From Callorhinchus milii (taxonomy: Eukaryota): a DNA stretch of 64,000 nucleotides. The notes beneath the pieces are model-generated. The model had not been told where the DNA came from. It saw only the letters and a list, made by a program, of their open reading frames with translations, and searched no databases. Where the stretch lies: positions 97,838,001 to 97,902,000 of the forward strand of contig NW_024704742.1 in assembly GCF_018977255.1 (NCBI RefSeq), read 5' to 3'. Both the position numbers and the translations under genes were made by a program. Below, piece after piece: positions 14,616-28,460 of this stretch. Position 1 is the first letter of the stretch. Each line of letters opens with the position of its first letter.

Positions 14616-17153
14616 ATCCTCAGGCAAGACATAGGGAGAGGTGCTGCACAGACCACTGTCCTCCGCCCCTCCTGATACCAACCCCCAGCTCGGGTCCAAA
14701 TCCTTGACTGTCCATCACCTTGGGATGACTTCCCAATGGGAAAGGCACTTTACAAATATAATTTGTTGTTGATGGCCACCTGTATATCAAATTTCCAAAC
14801 ACAGGAATTTCCATTTGTAGGCAGCATGTACAGAACTCTGGTTGGTTTGGATACTCTTAAGCAACGTGATGGATGTATTTCCGAATGCATCAAGAAAACC
14901 GACTAGCCAAAAAAAATCAGAGAAGTGACATGCAGACCACCTGAATATCAACTCAGTACCTGGATTTTAACTCTGCATTATCGATGCTTGCACTCGTTTT
15001 CTCATGTTGAAGTGATCCGCACAAGAAATTGTAAACTCCATTTTCGTTGTAATAGTACAGCCAAATAAAAACAATGATCATGAATGTGTGCAACATTAGT
15101 TCCAACAAGAAGTAAATTATTGTCATCAGTTAGCTATGGTCTGGAAACAAAAGATTAGAGCCATTTGAAGCTTAATATATGCATTCAGATCCCATTTATA
15201 GAGCCCACAAGTTGTTGCTCAGTGAAAGAAATGTGTATGGCTGTCTTCACACTGTGCATCTTAAGAGAAGAGATAACAAATGTAAATTGTAATGTTCTTT
15301 TGACAGTATGCACTTTAGGAGTGGGATAAGACTTGAAAAAAGTCACATCAGTAAATACCTAGATATGACTGTCTGCACTAACAGTGAATTTTCCAACAAG
15401 ATCTTAAAGCAGAATGTTCTAGAAATTATAGGAATAGAAAGTACATGCAACATATTAGACTATGAAAGTTTAATGATACCGTTTATAAAAAAAACCTTGG
15501 GACTTATCCAAAGCACCTTGCAATGTTGGGATTAACTGGCAATGCTGTATTTCATTGTGGCTTTGCCAGGATGCCTTGCAAGATTCCTTTTGCACAATTT
15601 TCAAAATTGCTGCTTATACAGTCAATAGAGCTGTTGTGCATACCTTAGATTTACTACCTAAAACATATTTTTCACCATAACTACCACCCTGCCACTTTTC
15701 AGAACGGACAGCTATTTCCAATGAAAAATAAATAGAAAAAGAGTAATGGGCAGACGCACGCAGTGTCTTGGAATGATATGGGGGGGGGGGTGGTTTGGGG
15801 AGAGAGTGTGACAGATAAATTAGGATGGGGCAGTGCAGAGAAAAAGAGATTTCAATATCAAAAAGCTTTGGAATTCAGTTTTATAATAATTGCTCCATTG
15901 AGGCCTTTTTTTATTGTTAGCATACACTTAGCTCAAATAGAGGCAGACCAAAATCAAGTTGTATCAGAGAGGGGGAGACCATTTGCTGCAAACCTAAATG
16001 ACTGTGATTTACTTTAAACCATTGTCTATAGTAGTTTGCACTGAGGAGCCCAGCCCACTCACATGCTGTACAAAGGTACACTGACCAATGCAAAGCGAGA
16101 CTTGACACAATGCCTAACTTTCAGCACCTCAAAAAAAAACATAATCTCAAGGCTCACATTGAACTTTCACAGCTCACTGAGAAAAGTTGCTGTGGAAACA
16201 TTCCACTTCAGTTTAGCTCAGCTTTGATTTAGGTTGCCTTGCCTTAAAAAAATTCTTTTTGGAATTTAACAATAATTAAATTGAAGGACATTTTACTTAA
16301 TCTACACTTAGGTAAGTCAGATATGAATGCTTATTAGTAATAAATTCATACAATTTGTTCTATGGGAATGAATGCTAATTTCACAGCCCAATGGACCAAT
16401 AGCAGCTCCAGGAAAGAATAAAAGCAACAAGGTGTGCAAATATACACCAACTGTCGAGATTGCTTTCTAGAATTTATATGGCAACAGTTTTTGATAAAAG
16501 GGGAATTCTGTGCTGTGCTTTATTCCTACAATAATTAGCTCAAAAACACAACCCCCACACATTGAAGGCTGGAACTCAAAATAAAGTTTAAAAGACATCT
16601 AGGGACCATTCAAATTTCACCTCCATTAGATTACAGGGTCTAATTTGTGGTATTTCTTAATAAGGAATCAGAGTAATACAGAAATAGGCCTCCTTCCAAT
16701 AACTGTAAGTATGCCTTGCTGACCTGTAAACTCTGCACCAATGCTTCAATTTAATTCGGGTATGGAGTTAGGGGGATGCGAATTATACGCTAAAGGTACT
16801 TCATTACAAAATACTACAAATCTCAAATTAAACCTACAATATTTCAAATCTCTTCGCAAGGCAACTAATTTATTCTATCTAGTGCTCAGACTGACTTTAG
16901 TCTATCTAGCCCAATTGCATAGGTTTAACAAAAGACTCTCAACTCAATGTTGTTTCATTTCATAAAACAGCCCCTCAGAAAAACAGTTATCTGATAGCAC
17001 ACGTCAACTCTTCTGAGACCAGCACTGAATCAAAGAACATCTCTTGGTGTGAAATTTCCAATAAATAATGGAACACCAGTCTCAATGACAAAAGGTTGGT
17101 TATTCTCTGTAGGGAATGAGAGACAGTGGCACAGGACACTAAAGCCTCCTCAC

Positions 17154-17258
17154 CTTTGGTTCCATTGAGATGAAGCTGTGCGATCCCCGACTGGATATCG
17201 TTGACCTTTTCATCGTTCTACTGTGGTAAAAGTGGTAGTAGTCTTTCAAGGAGCCAAT
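17154..17258 (-). CDS. PCSK5: PCSK5 coding exon 2 (prodomain)
   Basis: 105 bp, too short for the ORF track. Preceded by a polypyrimidine tract and ttgcag acceptor, followed by donor AAG|GTGAGG. Translates IGSLKDYYHFYHSRTMKRSTISSRGSHSFISMEPK in phase with exon 1. Closer to remembered PCSK5 (IGALKDYYHFYHSRTIKRSVISSRGTHSFISMEPK) than to PCSK6/PACE4. Confidence 0.96.
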
Positions 17259-18394
17259 CTGCAAGGGAAAAAAAGAAAGGCGTTTAAACACTGACCAGAC
17301 TAGGTTTTAGCAAGTTTTTTCTCCAGTGCAGCTTATACATTATTTAGTTTCATTTGAGCCAAGTGATCAAGTGTCAATTTGTTCCTCAGGATCACCTTCC
17401 AACAAAAAAAAGCATGCAAAAGCAGCACAATACAAAATGCATCATTGTGCTTCCATGGGCTCGCTTAGCTTTGTAGAGTACGTAGTTGTAAAACCTTAAA
17501 ATAAACAAAATTACTGTAAAAAACAAACAACGAGATGTAATCATTGCCTCCACATGAGCATTTCTTTAATAATAGCAAGTGATAACGACAGTCAGGATCC
17601 AGAATGCAGCTTTGTTTGGATGCAGTGAATGGTCAGCTGCTGTTCTCCACTATTAACAGCTGCAGACAGAAGTACCTCACACAGTGAAACTCATCAAAAA
17701 GACAATTTGTTCACAAACAAAAATACTTGAACATCAGGGCTTGAAATCTGTTAAACAAAAAAGCGGATGGTAAATTTCACATGATTTTGGTAAAGTGATA
17801 CTTGTGTTCAGTTGAAAAGACAAGTTATATTCACCATACCAAGTTCAGCTTGAGTTAAATTGGTTTCATTTTGAATACGGTGTCCTCATCTGATGGAAAT
17901 TATCTAAAGCTGTGTGCTCCCAGTGGGCACTATGCCATACAGTCTGGATGGATGCAGGTTAGAATTCAGAAACTGTGCAGAGTTCAGCCGCTCATCCAGG
18001 GCAAGAGTTTGTGCGTTACAAATAGCTTCAGCTCCCCTGGGGCAAGGGAGGGGAAATCAAAATAATTAGCCATCTCCTGCTTGCAAGGTTAAGACTTTAT
18101 CCTAGGTGAGGTGTGCGATATAAATGAGTTGTGTGGCTGTCTGGCGAGACAGGATCAGACTAAACTGTAAGTTATCAACTTTCAACACAAGGAGATTTAA
18201 GCAAAATATCAAAAAAGCAACCTTTGCCTACGCTGTGGTCCAGTAGTAGGAAACAGGAGTCAGACAGAGGAAGAATCGAAGAAGAAATAACAACTTACAT
18301 TTTTATAACACAGTATTATTCAGAAACTGTCTCAAAGCACTGTACTGTCAAATGTCATGACCTTTTCTACTGTAGGCAAATGCTGCGATCATTT

Positions 18395-18751
18395 GGAGTC
18401 CTGTGGTTCAGTGGCTAGAGCACTTGCCTCGCAAGCGAGAGACCTGGGTTCGACTCTCAGCAGGATGAAATGTTGGGCAAGTTTCCTTACTCCACACGCC
18501 TCTGTTTACCTCGCAGTAAGTAGGAACCCGGTTGTTAGTCGATTGACTGATCGCTTTTCCGGGGGTAATAAGTCCTTAAAAAAAAGTCACTCAATCCACA
18601 ACTGTTTGTGGGACACTGCTGTGCGCAATTGGCTGCCGCGTTTCGTCAACATAATATATAGTCAATTCACATTACAGTATATTCTGTGACGTGCTTTGAG
18701 ACGTTTCGAAGATGTGATAAGGCATTATATCAATGCAAGGATTATTATTAT
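18395..18751 (+). mobile_element. Full-length tRNA-Ala-derived Deu-domain SINE (long form)
   Basis: tRNA-like head with A/B boxes, core TGCTGTGCGCAATTGGCTGCCGCGTT, L2-like tail and (TTA)n. Inserted into an older minus-strand SINE at ATTT. Confidence 0.88.
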
Positions 18752-20457
18752 TTTGTGCACAGCGAGATTCCACAGCCAATCAGGAGGTGAACGTTCAATT
18801 AATCTTGAGGATTTTTGACCAGGAGAAACCCGTTTTACTTTCCATTACGGAAAGTATCAAAAATTTTAACATCCATTTGAATAGCAGGCAGATGGGACTT
18901 TGTTTCTACATCTCATTCCCAAGACAGCAGAGTATTCAATAATAATAACAATAATACAATAACATCCAATCCAGATAGGATCCAGAGAAATTATTTCCTC
19001 TGGTACGGGAATCCAGAACAGGAAACCTAATTTGTTAGGTCAGATAACGGATATGGGGCAAGAGCAGGTAACTAGACTTGAGATAGAGATCAGCCATGAT
19101 CTTATAAAACAGCAGAACAGGCTTGAGGCGCTGAAAAGCCTACTCCTGTTTCTGTTACTGCATTTCCATTTGGTAAGAGTAAAGAATGAATGAAGAAAAG
19201 CAAAATGTAAAACTTTCTGGCACTTAAAGCGCCTGGAAAAAAATTGATATGCTCCCCTTCACACTGAGGAATGCTGCATTGTAGAGTTAGAAGTTGGATA
19301 AGAATAGCCAATCATGCAAAGCCATTCACTTTATAAGCACAGTACATGCTGTGATAATAGTGCACATCTTAGAAACATTGGAACGAATATCGGAGTAATA
19401 GTGGTACAGGATTTATTCATTCGGCTGGAGTGAATTCTAATTTCACAGCCCAATGGTGCAATAATGTGAACTGAGTTTTTTTTAAAAAAACAAGTTTTCT
19501 CTAGTTTAAAATAAATAGATGCCTGGTTCAGCAATGATCTTAGTGCATGAGGGAGAGGGAATCCAAGCCAGCCCTGGCTGAGAGACACAAGACAAGGTCT
19601 TGCAGTCTCCAGATTCCAGTGCTGTGGGAGCTGCTGAGTTTATATTGCTAGCCAGTTTCCACAGCACAAACAAAACAATGGACATTTACAGCTGCTCTTC
19701 ATTCGCCAACAAATGCTACACTTCATAGTAAAACCCTGTGCAACACGTCTCAAAGATGTAATAAAGTGCTACATAGTCATCAAATGACTTTTATTCATTT
19801 TTTTGTGTACTTTATAACTGTCTGGTCACAGTTCCTTCCTATGACTGTTGACCTATGCTTCTTAGCCTACTAACTGCCCAAAAAACCCATGGCTACCTCA
19901 TACAACAAGCGCAGCCCACCCATGTGTCCTCATCAGAAGCAACACAACCTCCGAGGGACACCTGGAGAAATCACCTCTTTAAGAAGATCTCAACCCCTCT
20001 GAAAGAATCAGCATCATATTTACTCTAACTGTGCTGGATTCAATTAGAGCCATTAAGGTGGAGTCTTCACAGCTATTTCAGAACAATGGAGTCAAAGACG
20101 AGGCATTTTGCAAAGCCTTGGGAAAGATCATTGCCTCAGAAAAGCAATTATCATGTTTTTGAATCATTTCAGGCTATGTTACAGGACAGAGCAGCACGGA
20201 ACTATGAGTACCATTAAGTCACAAGGTCTAGTTTACAAAGGGGCCCCAGCAGAAAGATAAGATAGAGACAAACAGTAACCCGAGCAATGCCACACACTGC
20301 AGATTAAAGATTGCCAACTATTTGAATTCCAGGAACGGGGTGGGGGGTTGGGTGCCAAACACATTTTATTTAATATTTGCAAAGTAAAGTAGTAATTTTA
20401 TAAAACTATTAGACTTGGCTAACATCAAACTAAAGGATCTGAATCTCAAAGAATACC

Positions 20458-20807
20458 AATAATAATCCCATTTGATATAGCGCTTTATCACATCTCAAAG
20501 CGCTTTACAGAATATACTGTAAGTGAATGGACTACATTTTGTGGGTGAAACGCAGCAGCCAATTGCGTACAGCAGTGACCCACAAATAATTGTGGATTAA
20601 GTGACCAATTATTTATTTTTTTTGAAAGATTATTACTGCCAGAAAAGTGATCCGCCAATTGACTAACAACCGGGTTCCTACTTACTGCCAGGTAAACAGA
20701 GCCTGTGGAGTAAGGAAACTTGCCCAACGTTTTGCCCCGTCCGGGAATCGAACCCAGGTCCTCTTGCTTGCTAGTCGAGTGCTCTAACCACTAAGCTACA
20801 AGATTCC
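20458..20807 (-). mobile_element. Full-length SINE (long form)
   Basis: Reverse complement of the 18395 family. Confidence 0.88.
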
Positions 20808-20874
20808 ACAATGAAGAGTAAGAGGAAGATGAAGTTGATGAGGAAGATGAAGGTGATGAAGATGAGAAAATTGT

Positions 20875-21319
20875 TCAGGTCTCCACCGTGTTGAGCACAG
20901 GGCTGGTGGTGCCCGGATGGGCACCGACTTGTGGTGCTTGTTCAGGTAGGGCTTGAGGACGAAGATCTTGTGGCAGCGCTTGGAGCTGAAGTGCTTGAAG
21001 GCCGAGGGCGTCAGCATGTGGGCGCGCAGGTTGGAGCGGTCAACGATAGACTTGTTGCATTGTGCGCAGCCGAAGGGCTTCTCCCCAGTGTGCGAGTGCA
21101 TGTGGCCCTGCAGCAGCCATGGCCGCCTGAAGGCTTTGCCGCAAGCCCCACATATGTGCCGCAGGTCGTGGGTCAGCAGATGCATGGCCACACCGGCATG
21201 GACACATAGACCATGCCACATTTCGGGCATTTGCGCCCCAGTTTGCCATCCAGGCTGCGGTGGGTCCGCATGTGGAGGCTCAGGTTGGACGAAATGGCAT
21301 GGGTCTTGAATACACCACA
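20875..21319 (-). pseudogene. Scratch-family (SCRT1-like) C2H2 zinc-finger pseudogene fragment
   Basis: Reads [42 protein letters not shown], then a -1 frameshift at about 21189-21193, then [88 protein letters not shown]. This follows the five-finger Scratch array. Zn ligands are lost (H->P in finger 4, C->S in finger 5) and there is no SNAG or N-terminal region. Confidence 0.9.
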
Positions 21320-21384
21320 AAGCATATCAGATGCGCAGGGAACAATCAGACAAGTATCAAAAGCAGATGGAGAGATAAACGCAT

Positions 21385-21505
21385 CGGTGGGAACACTCAG
21401 CAGGTCAGGCAGTATCTATGGAGAAAGGAAAGTGATTTGACATTTCAGGTCAAAGACCTTCATTAGTTCTGATGAAAGGTCATCAAATTGAAATGTCAAA
21501 TCACC
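21385..21505. mobile_element. Penelope-like repeat end with an internal inverted repeat
   Basis: GGGAACACTCAGCAGGTCAGGCAGTATCTATGGAGAAAGG is near-identical to 58820-58859. It is followed by a hairpin with perfect 16-bp outer arms. Confidence 0.6.
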
Positions 21506-24500
21506 TTTCTTTTATTTTTAAGTAGTTATGAATGTAATATTCCAGGACTATGTTACACATCATTACAACATCACCTTTAAGTTGTGATTATATTTGTTTA
21601 AAATATAGGACTTCCAGAAATCCAAATAGACATTATATGTCAAATCGAGGATGGAAAATGTTGTGTACTATTTGCCAAGATGAATATAACCACAAATCTA
21701 CTACAAATTTTATTTTTTCAAAATCAGAAGCTCAGCGAAAGGCCATGGCCATATAGCACAGCACATTTAGTTGGTCAGCTGGGTGTCTGACACATGCAGA
21801 AACCCATCACCACGCTTAAGTGTATCCAAACCAAGCTGAGATTTGATTCCCACCTACATATGGAAATTCCAGAGACAGATTATTGGAATGGAATGCACAC
21901 TCTCTCCCTGGAGGGACGCATCCTGCTTATCTAATTCTGGAAGGTATTAGGCGCAAGTTGGCAAGAACCAAAGCTTGGGGACCCCAGAGTGCGTGTGGAG
22001 TTATTGCTGGAGTCTAACCAGCTAAAACCGCATAGCTTGCCATTGACATTCCTATCTGGCAAGCTTTCCCACTGTTTCTCCAACTAGGAATACCCAACCC
22101 ATTAGAGCTTTGGCTTGCAGGGTTAACAGCAGCTGAGTGGGAAGACTCCCAGCACCCAGTGACTGATCTGCCCTTCCGGGTCCTGCCAATGAGCCAGGCT
22201 GTCTGTGCAATCATCAGAGTGCCCTGGAGTACTGCAGATCAAAAGCGAACTACCAATATGTAAGCGCCATTTAACATCCACCTGAACAGGCATACAGGCC
22301 TTAGTTTAGCATCTCATTCAAAGGCTAGCACCTTCAACAATGCAGCACAACCCCAGTACTACACTGGCATGTCAGCCTAAACTGTAAACCTCCTGATGTG
22401 GGGTTTGAATCCACAGGGAGAGTAAGATTAATTTCAAGTTTTCATGCCATTCGAAGGAACAATGACCATGAAATAGTTGAATCTCAGCTTGTGAGATTCA
22501 TCAATGAAGGCAATTTACCAATCCCACCAGTTATTCTGGTCTTTTTCTCCCCCCCATTCCAAACTGATCAACAAAATCTCAAATAACAATAAGGGTAAGT
22601 TCCCATTGTATTGTTGTTAAGGTGGGAAAGGTGGCAAGTCAGAAAAATATAGCATTTGGCAAGCTTCCATAGATATTTGAGAAAAGTTCAAGTCTTATAC
22701 AAATGTGAATTTTAAAAATTTGAAACTTTTGGCACAAAAGAGGAAGCCTTACATCATGGCTTTGAGCTCATAATCTGGGCTGACACTTTTTCTTCAAGAA
22801 CCTCACCCATTCTTGTCCCAGCACATCCATATCTGTGATCTTCTACCCCACTCTTCTGCTTACCCAATTCAGGCCTACCACATATCCTGCCTTCCTCCAG
22901 ATCACCATTGATGCTGGAGGCTTCAGCTACTGCACCCCTAACTTCTGCAATTCCCTTCCTCTATCCCTACATCCTGCCTTCTCTCCAACTTTAAATCCTG
23001 CCTAAAAACATACAGTACTTCTTTGTGCTTATTGTTACATCCCCACCCCACCCCCCCCCCCCTTCTGAGAATCTGGCTCCAACTTTATGAAATGCATCAA
23101 GATGTCATCCTTCTTGAAGGGCAACATAAGATTGTAGATGGTTGAAATTGTTTTGAGGGAACAGTAAATTGTCGCAGGCAGAAAAATTAGATAGCATAAA
23201 ATATTTGCTGCATTAGTTCCTCTGATTACTCAGTGTGCTACGCAATGGGGAACTCAGCCAGACTACAAAGGTTTACCAGGTTCAATCCTTTCAGCACATT
23301 GGTTGATTTCATCATGGGAGGGGATGAATAGTCAAGAGCTTCTGCATCCAATTGACATCCATCACTTCCAATTGGAAGTACATATAGATACCATTGGATT
23401 CTTCAAGGTGTGATGCTTCACCAACATAAGTTAGACAGTCTGCTAACCAATCATTGTTTCAGGTTCATGTCACTTGGGCGATGTAGAAGAGGCTGTGAGT
23501 CACCATGAATCTCACCTCAAAAGATTTAGTTTGAAAGAAACACACAGAATGTGTATTTTTCTTTCGGATTTGGTTGTAAAGCAACACAAAAGAAGGTAAG
23601 ACTCAGAATAACCAGTTGCAGGATTGCTGGCACACACACAAAAACAGAAGGTAAAGCTATATAGAATCAACTCTACATTTGGGTTGGTCAAAATCTAGCT
23701 ACAGGATAAACATGCTAATTTCACCAATAGGTGATAGTATCCAAATACCAAGAACTATTCTAAATGTGTTTTGAAGCACAAACAATTGGATCATTGTTCA
23801 GTAAATTAATAATGCTCTGGATATTACACAGGGAGTTGGTTTTGGTGTCTCCCAAACATTGATTGAATGAGCCGCTCATCATTAAGGCTGTTTTCTTAAG
23901 TGAGGTGCAGACTTTTGGACAAGACATTAAAATAGGTCATGGCTGCCGATTCAAGAGGATATTAAAGATCACATGCCATTATTCAAAAAACAGAAGAGAT
24001 TTTCTCCCAATGTCCTGGTTGACAATCCGCTAGATAAAATTGGTCATTCACATTTTGACTGTTTGTGGGATATTGCTGTGTGTAAATTGGCTGATGCATA
24101 TAAATGCAATCACTACATTTTACAATAAATCTTAAGTGCCTCAAGACTTTGCACAAAATGATAAAGTACTATATCAACTAATCAAATGCAAGGATTATTA
24201 TGAATTCATATCATTAGGCATTAAGCCTACAGAGAATGATGTACAATATAATCTAGTACTAGTTAATAATGCATCAACTTTTACTTTAGAATTCTTTGGC
24301 CTTTTTACTGAAAAAGATTGGAATGTCAAATCTACATACTGGATTTCACGCCAGTTAATACAGTATGTGTAAAGGAAGAACAAGTGCATACCAAGTTGGC
24401 AAGTAATAACAGATCTTGTGACATGAAGAATTGATCAACAGACTTTTGTTCCATGCTGGAGGCATTATCACCCCTCCCAACTTATTTAATCAAGCAGTAG

Positions 24501-27500
24501 CACCTAATGACAGATTTCTTTTTGCAAACTAGGTTTTGGAAGGAAAGCTACATGGAAGAGTTTGTACTCATCAGTCCAGATCAGACTTATTTGGGTAGCT
24601 ATGTCAGACAGCAACATGTAAATTATCGAGAAGTGAAAATACAGACTTAGTTTCAGCTAAATACATACGACACACATCAATGCTATACTGCAAACATCAT
24701 GGATCAAATAGCAGATGCAGTCTGTGTGTGTATATACAGTTTGCACGTTTTCAATCACCTCTGTGTAATTTGGCAATGAAACAGGAACCCATCTACAATT
24801 TGAATCATTTCTAAAAATGTTCTTACTATTTGGCCAAAAGCAATTTGTTCTTTTACCACTTAAATGAAAAACGATAGATACTGATATAAAGTAGAATGAG
24901 AGCAAAAACACATATTAAATACAAAACCCCAAGAGGATTCAACATTTTGTTTTCTCATACAACCAGAACATTCAGCAAAAGGGAAATGGCTAGATTCCCA
25001 AAACAACGGAACCCAGCACACAAATGCAGGTAGAAGATGACATTATGTATTCTGAATGAAGACCTAAATCATAATGTGAGCTGAATATTTTTTCCATTTT
25101 ACTTATGATTTTGAATCTTGTAACTACCTGCAATAATCGCACATCTTATCTTGTTTTTTCAGCTTCTAATTATTTTGGGACTATAGTACTGCCAACTGAA
25201 CACTTCCATTTGTTGTACCCAGAGTCAGGTTAGCAACCAAGCTCCTACTGTACTATTCCAGCCATGCACTTCCAACATGCACTATTCTAGCATCACTGTA
25301 GACTTACTCAAGTAGAGAATTTCCAACACCACCTACTTAGGTGCGACTGAACAGTGCTGCCAATTAATAATACCAATTGCACATTTTGAATCCATCAGGA
25401 CTCAACTTCCTAGAATTCTAATCCGCATCATAATTCAATACTGAACGTCTAGGACACTATCCTGATCTGCATGACTCCTAGCCAAGGTAAAATACAATGG
25501 GATCAACTCCAGAACATTAGGTTGGGAAATATTATCAGCATATTCTAGAATGAATCATAAGATTTTTGTTCCCTGCTTGATACTTCTGAAATATCAGTGT
25601 TGATCCCCTGGGCAGAATGACTTAAATTTCCTAATTAAATGATGCACTGGTATCCAGGTTGACTGGATGCCATTTACTTTATAACAACTTTATTAGTTAT
25701 ATTCAAATAGGTATTGTAAAGAAAAATGGGCAATGAATACAAAGGCATCAGTAGGCACATGGTTTGATACCAGAAATGTAGTGCTGAATTTATCGTCAAA
25801 TTAAATTCATTCCCAGGCTGCCAGAATAATTCTGGATCATATTCTATAAATGAAGCACTTCTATACCATTTCTACTACCCAGGAAATAATTTTTCAATGA
25901 AGTTCAGCACGCTTGTGCCTTGATGCATGAAAAATTAAAAATGCATATTTATACTGCAGAGACCCTTGAAACCAAAGAGAAAGAAACCGACATTTTGCTG
26001 GCCTCAAGAGACTTGCTAAATTCAACAACTTGCATTTATATAGTGTCCCTCATGCAGGGCGGCATCTCAATAGTGCTTTATAATTATTATTATTATAATT
26101 ATAATAGCAGGGCACAGTGCCAAGCAGGAGTAGGTGCTCATAGTTACTAAAATCACTGAATGTTCTCTTCCAGCGAAGAAATAGGTGCTGGTAGCAATAT
26201 TTGGATTGCCGTGGGCAGCTTGGATGGGTAGTACTTCTCCTGCAGGCAGCACAAAAAGCTATCTAATCAGGTGGGTCTCAGTCTTAGACAACCAACTCTG
26301 CTTCAATCAGTGAACCTAATGTAGTCAATGTGGTACAATATTGTAAATTTGGGGAGAGGGGAGAACACAAAGAAAAGGTTACTTCCATTTTTAAGCAAAA
26401 AAATCGCATAATAAAGACAACGGAAATCTCCCTTGCCTCAATATATTTCTCATTCTTATCATAAAACTTGCAAATAGATTGATTAGTTTTCATTGGAACA
26501 CAGCAACTAATAAAGCTCATCAAATCTCTTCAGAATAGTGAAAGATTATTCTCATTGCTCTAAAAGAACAGTAACCGGAAGGTAGGGGTGGGGGAAATGC
26601 TCAAGATTGCCACTGGAAGAGCAAAGGAGGTTAGAAGGAAGTTTTTCAAGTGGAGGGTTATTAGAACATTTAGTCATAAATTGCTACTAACGCAAGACCA
26701 TACCATGTAAAAGGGAATTAGATAAACATGTGAAGAGGAACGATATAGAAGGTTGTGGGAGGGAATAGGGATTAGAGTAATTAACCATTGGAGGAGGGAG
26801 AACCAGCATGGGCTCAATGGCCCGAATGATCTCCTTCTGTGATGTTATTGCAAAAGATTTTGTGTGTTATAATAGTGCTTTACACACAAGATCAGTGCAA
26901 TCCTCCAAAGGATCCCACTAGCATTTTCCGACTTGGTTAATGATCCAAGAAGTCACAGCTATGGAAAATTCTTCCTCAGTCAGATTCTTTTATAATTCCT
27001 TTGGACATTGGCATAAGGTGTACCTTTCTGAATGATTAATGACAGAGTGGGCTGATGAGTAATATGCCTGGTTATACATTAAAGCCACTATTAAGAGAGC
27101 CTCTCAATTTCTTGGGAAAATGCACTGCCCAGTGTAGTACTGAGACATTTAGAGCAGGACCAGCTTAGAGTTATTTAGTCTCAACCAAGATCCTTCACCT
27201 GGTTGGAATCCAGTGATTTCTCTGAAAAGAATTTGTGTGCAAAAAAAACAAAAACAGGATGAAGCTTAGTTATGCTTCATCCCAGGTTAAAAAAAAATCT
27301 GACATTAATAGTCGCTTGGGTGAAGGACCAGAAACCTGCCATTACTAACAGGACCACACCCCAGAAGGTGTCAGGGTTATCAGAAGGGGAAAACTATCTG
27401 GATCACAAGGAGAATGTTTAATAAGCAAGTTATGAAGCCTTCATGTTGGTTATTTGCTCTTTTTGAACATTTATTCATGTATTTTTAATTTCAACTAATC

Positions 27501-27549
27501 AATAATTTCAGTTTCTTGAAACTCACCCAACTCCCTTTAATTTAATTAC

Positions 27550-28460
27550 ATAAGAGACGAAAAAAAACCAAGGTCCATCGAGTTCGCCTTCCACTTCCTT
27601 GCAGTCACATATGTCCCGAGCTACCTATGTACTATATCCCATAATATTATTTCCTAAAAGAAAACTCTAATCTGGGTTTGAAAGAATCAAAACTTCCTAC
27701 TTCAACCGTCTCCCTGTTCCACAGGTTCACTATTCGCTCACTCAAATAGTGTTTGTGTAGATTTCTTCTGAATTTACCCCCTTGAATCTCAGGCCATGTT
27801 CTCTGGTTTTACTATTCTGGACAAGTTACAACAGCCTGTCATGATCTATAATGTTTAGCCATTTTAGAATCTTAAAGACAGCGATCATGTCTCCTCTCAA
27901 TCTTCTCTTCTCCAGTGAACATGCCAATTCACTTAGTCGCTCCTCATCGTCCAGTCCTTCCAATCATTTTTGTTGCGCTCCTCTATATCTTCTCGATTTC
28001 TCCAATATCCTTTTTGTACTGCGGCGACCAGAACTGTACACAGTACTCTAAGCATGCAGTTTATAAAGTGGCAGGATTACCCCACTATTTCAACTTGCTA
28101 TTGATCTTTTGATACATCCCAATATCTGGTTTGCTTTATTCACTGCCACAGAGCATTGTTGGGAGAGCCTCAATTTATTGTCAATCAGGACCCCCAGGTC
28201 CTTTTCATTTTCCATAAATATTATTTTCCTTCTGTTCAAATAATAGTCCATTCCAGGATTTTTTGTTCCCATGTGAAGTACTTTACATTTCTCCACATTG
28301 AATTTCAATTGCCACCAATTTGCCCAATTCCAAAGTATGTTCAAATCCCCCTGTGGCCCATCTTGTTCATCTTAGCAAACTACCACCTTCATTAAATTGG
28401 TGTCACCTGCAAACTTAGCCACTGTGCTTGTGACTCCCAGTTCCAAATCATTTATAACGT
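27550..28460 (-). mobile_element. CR1 LINE 3' fragment
   Basis: KFAGDT (degenerate FADDT), WANWWQLKFNVEKCKVLHMG, EKDLGVLIDNKL and KANQILGCIKRSI are classic CR1 ORF2 motifs. Confidence 0.92.

Larger units (their letters stand above)
1..17153 (-). other. PCSK5: PCSK5 intron 2 (partial, continues left of the window)
   Basis: Starts at donor GTGAGG (17153). No exon resembling VEWIQQQVVK.R.KR was found by eye in 1-17153. Confidence 0.75.

Noticed and set aside
20796..21320. Intact functional Snail/Scratch gene
   Set aside because: The N-terminal part of this ORF is out of frame with finger 1-2 homology, Zn ligands are mutated and there is no SNAG domain.
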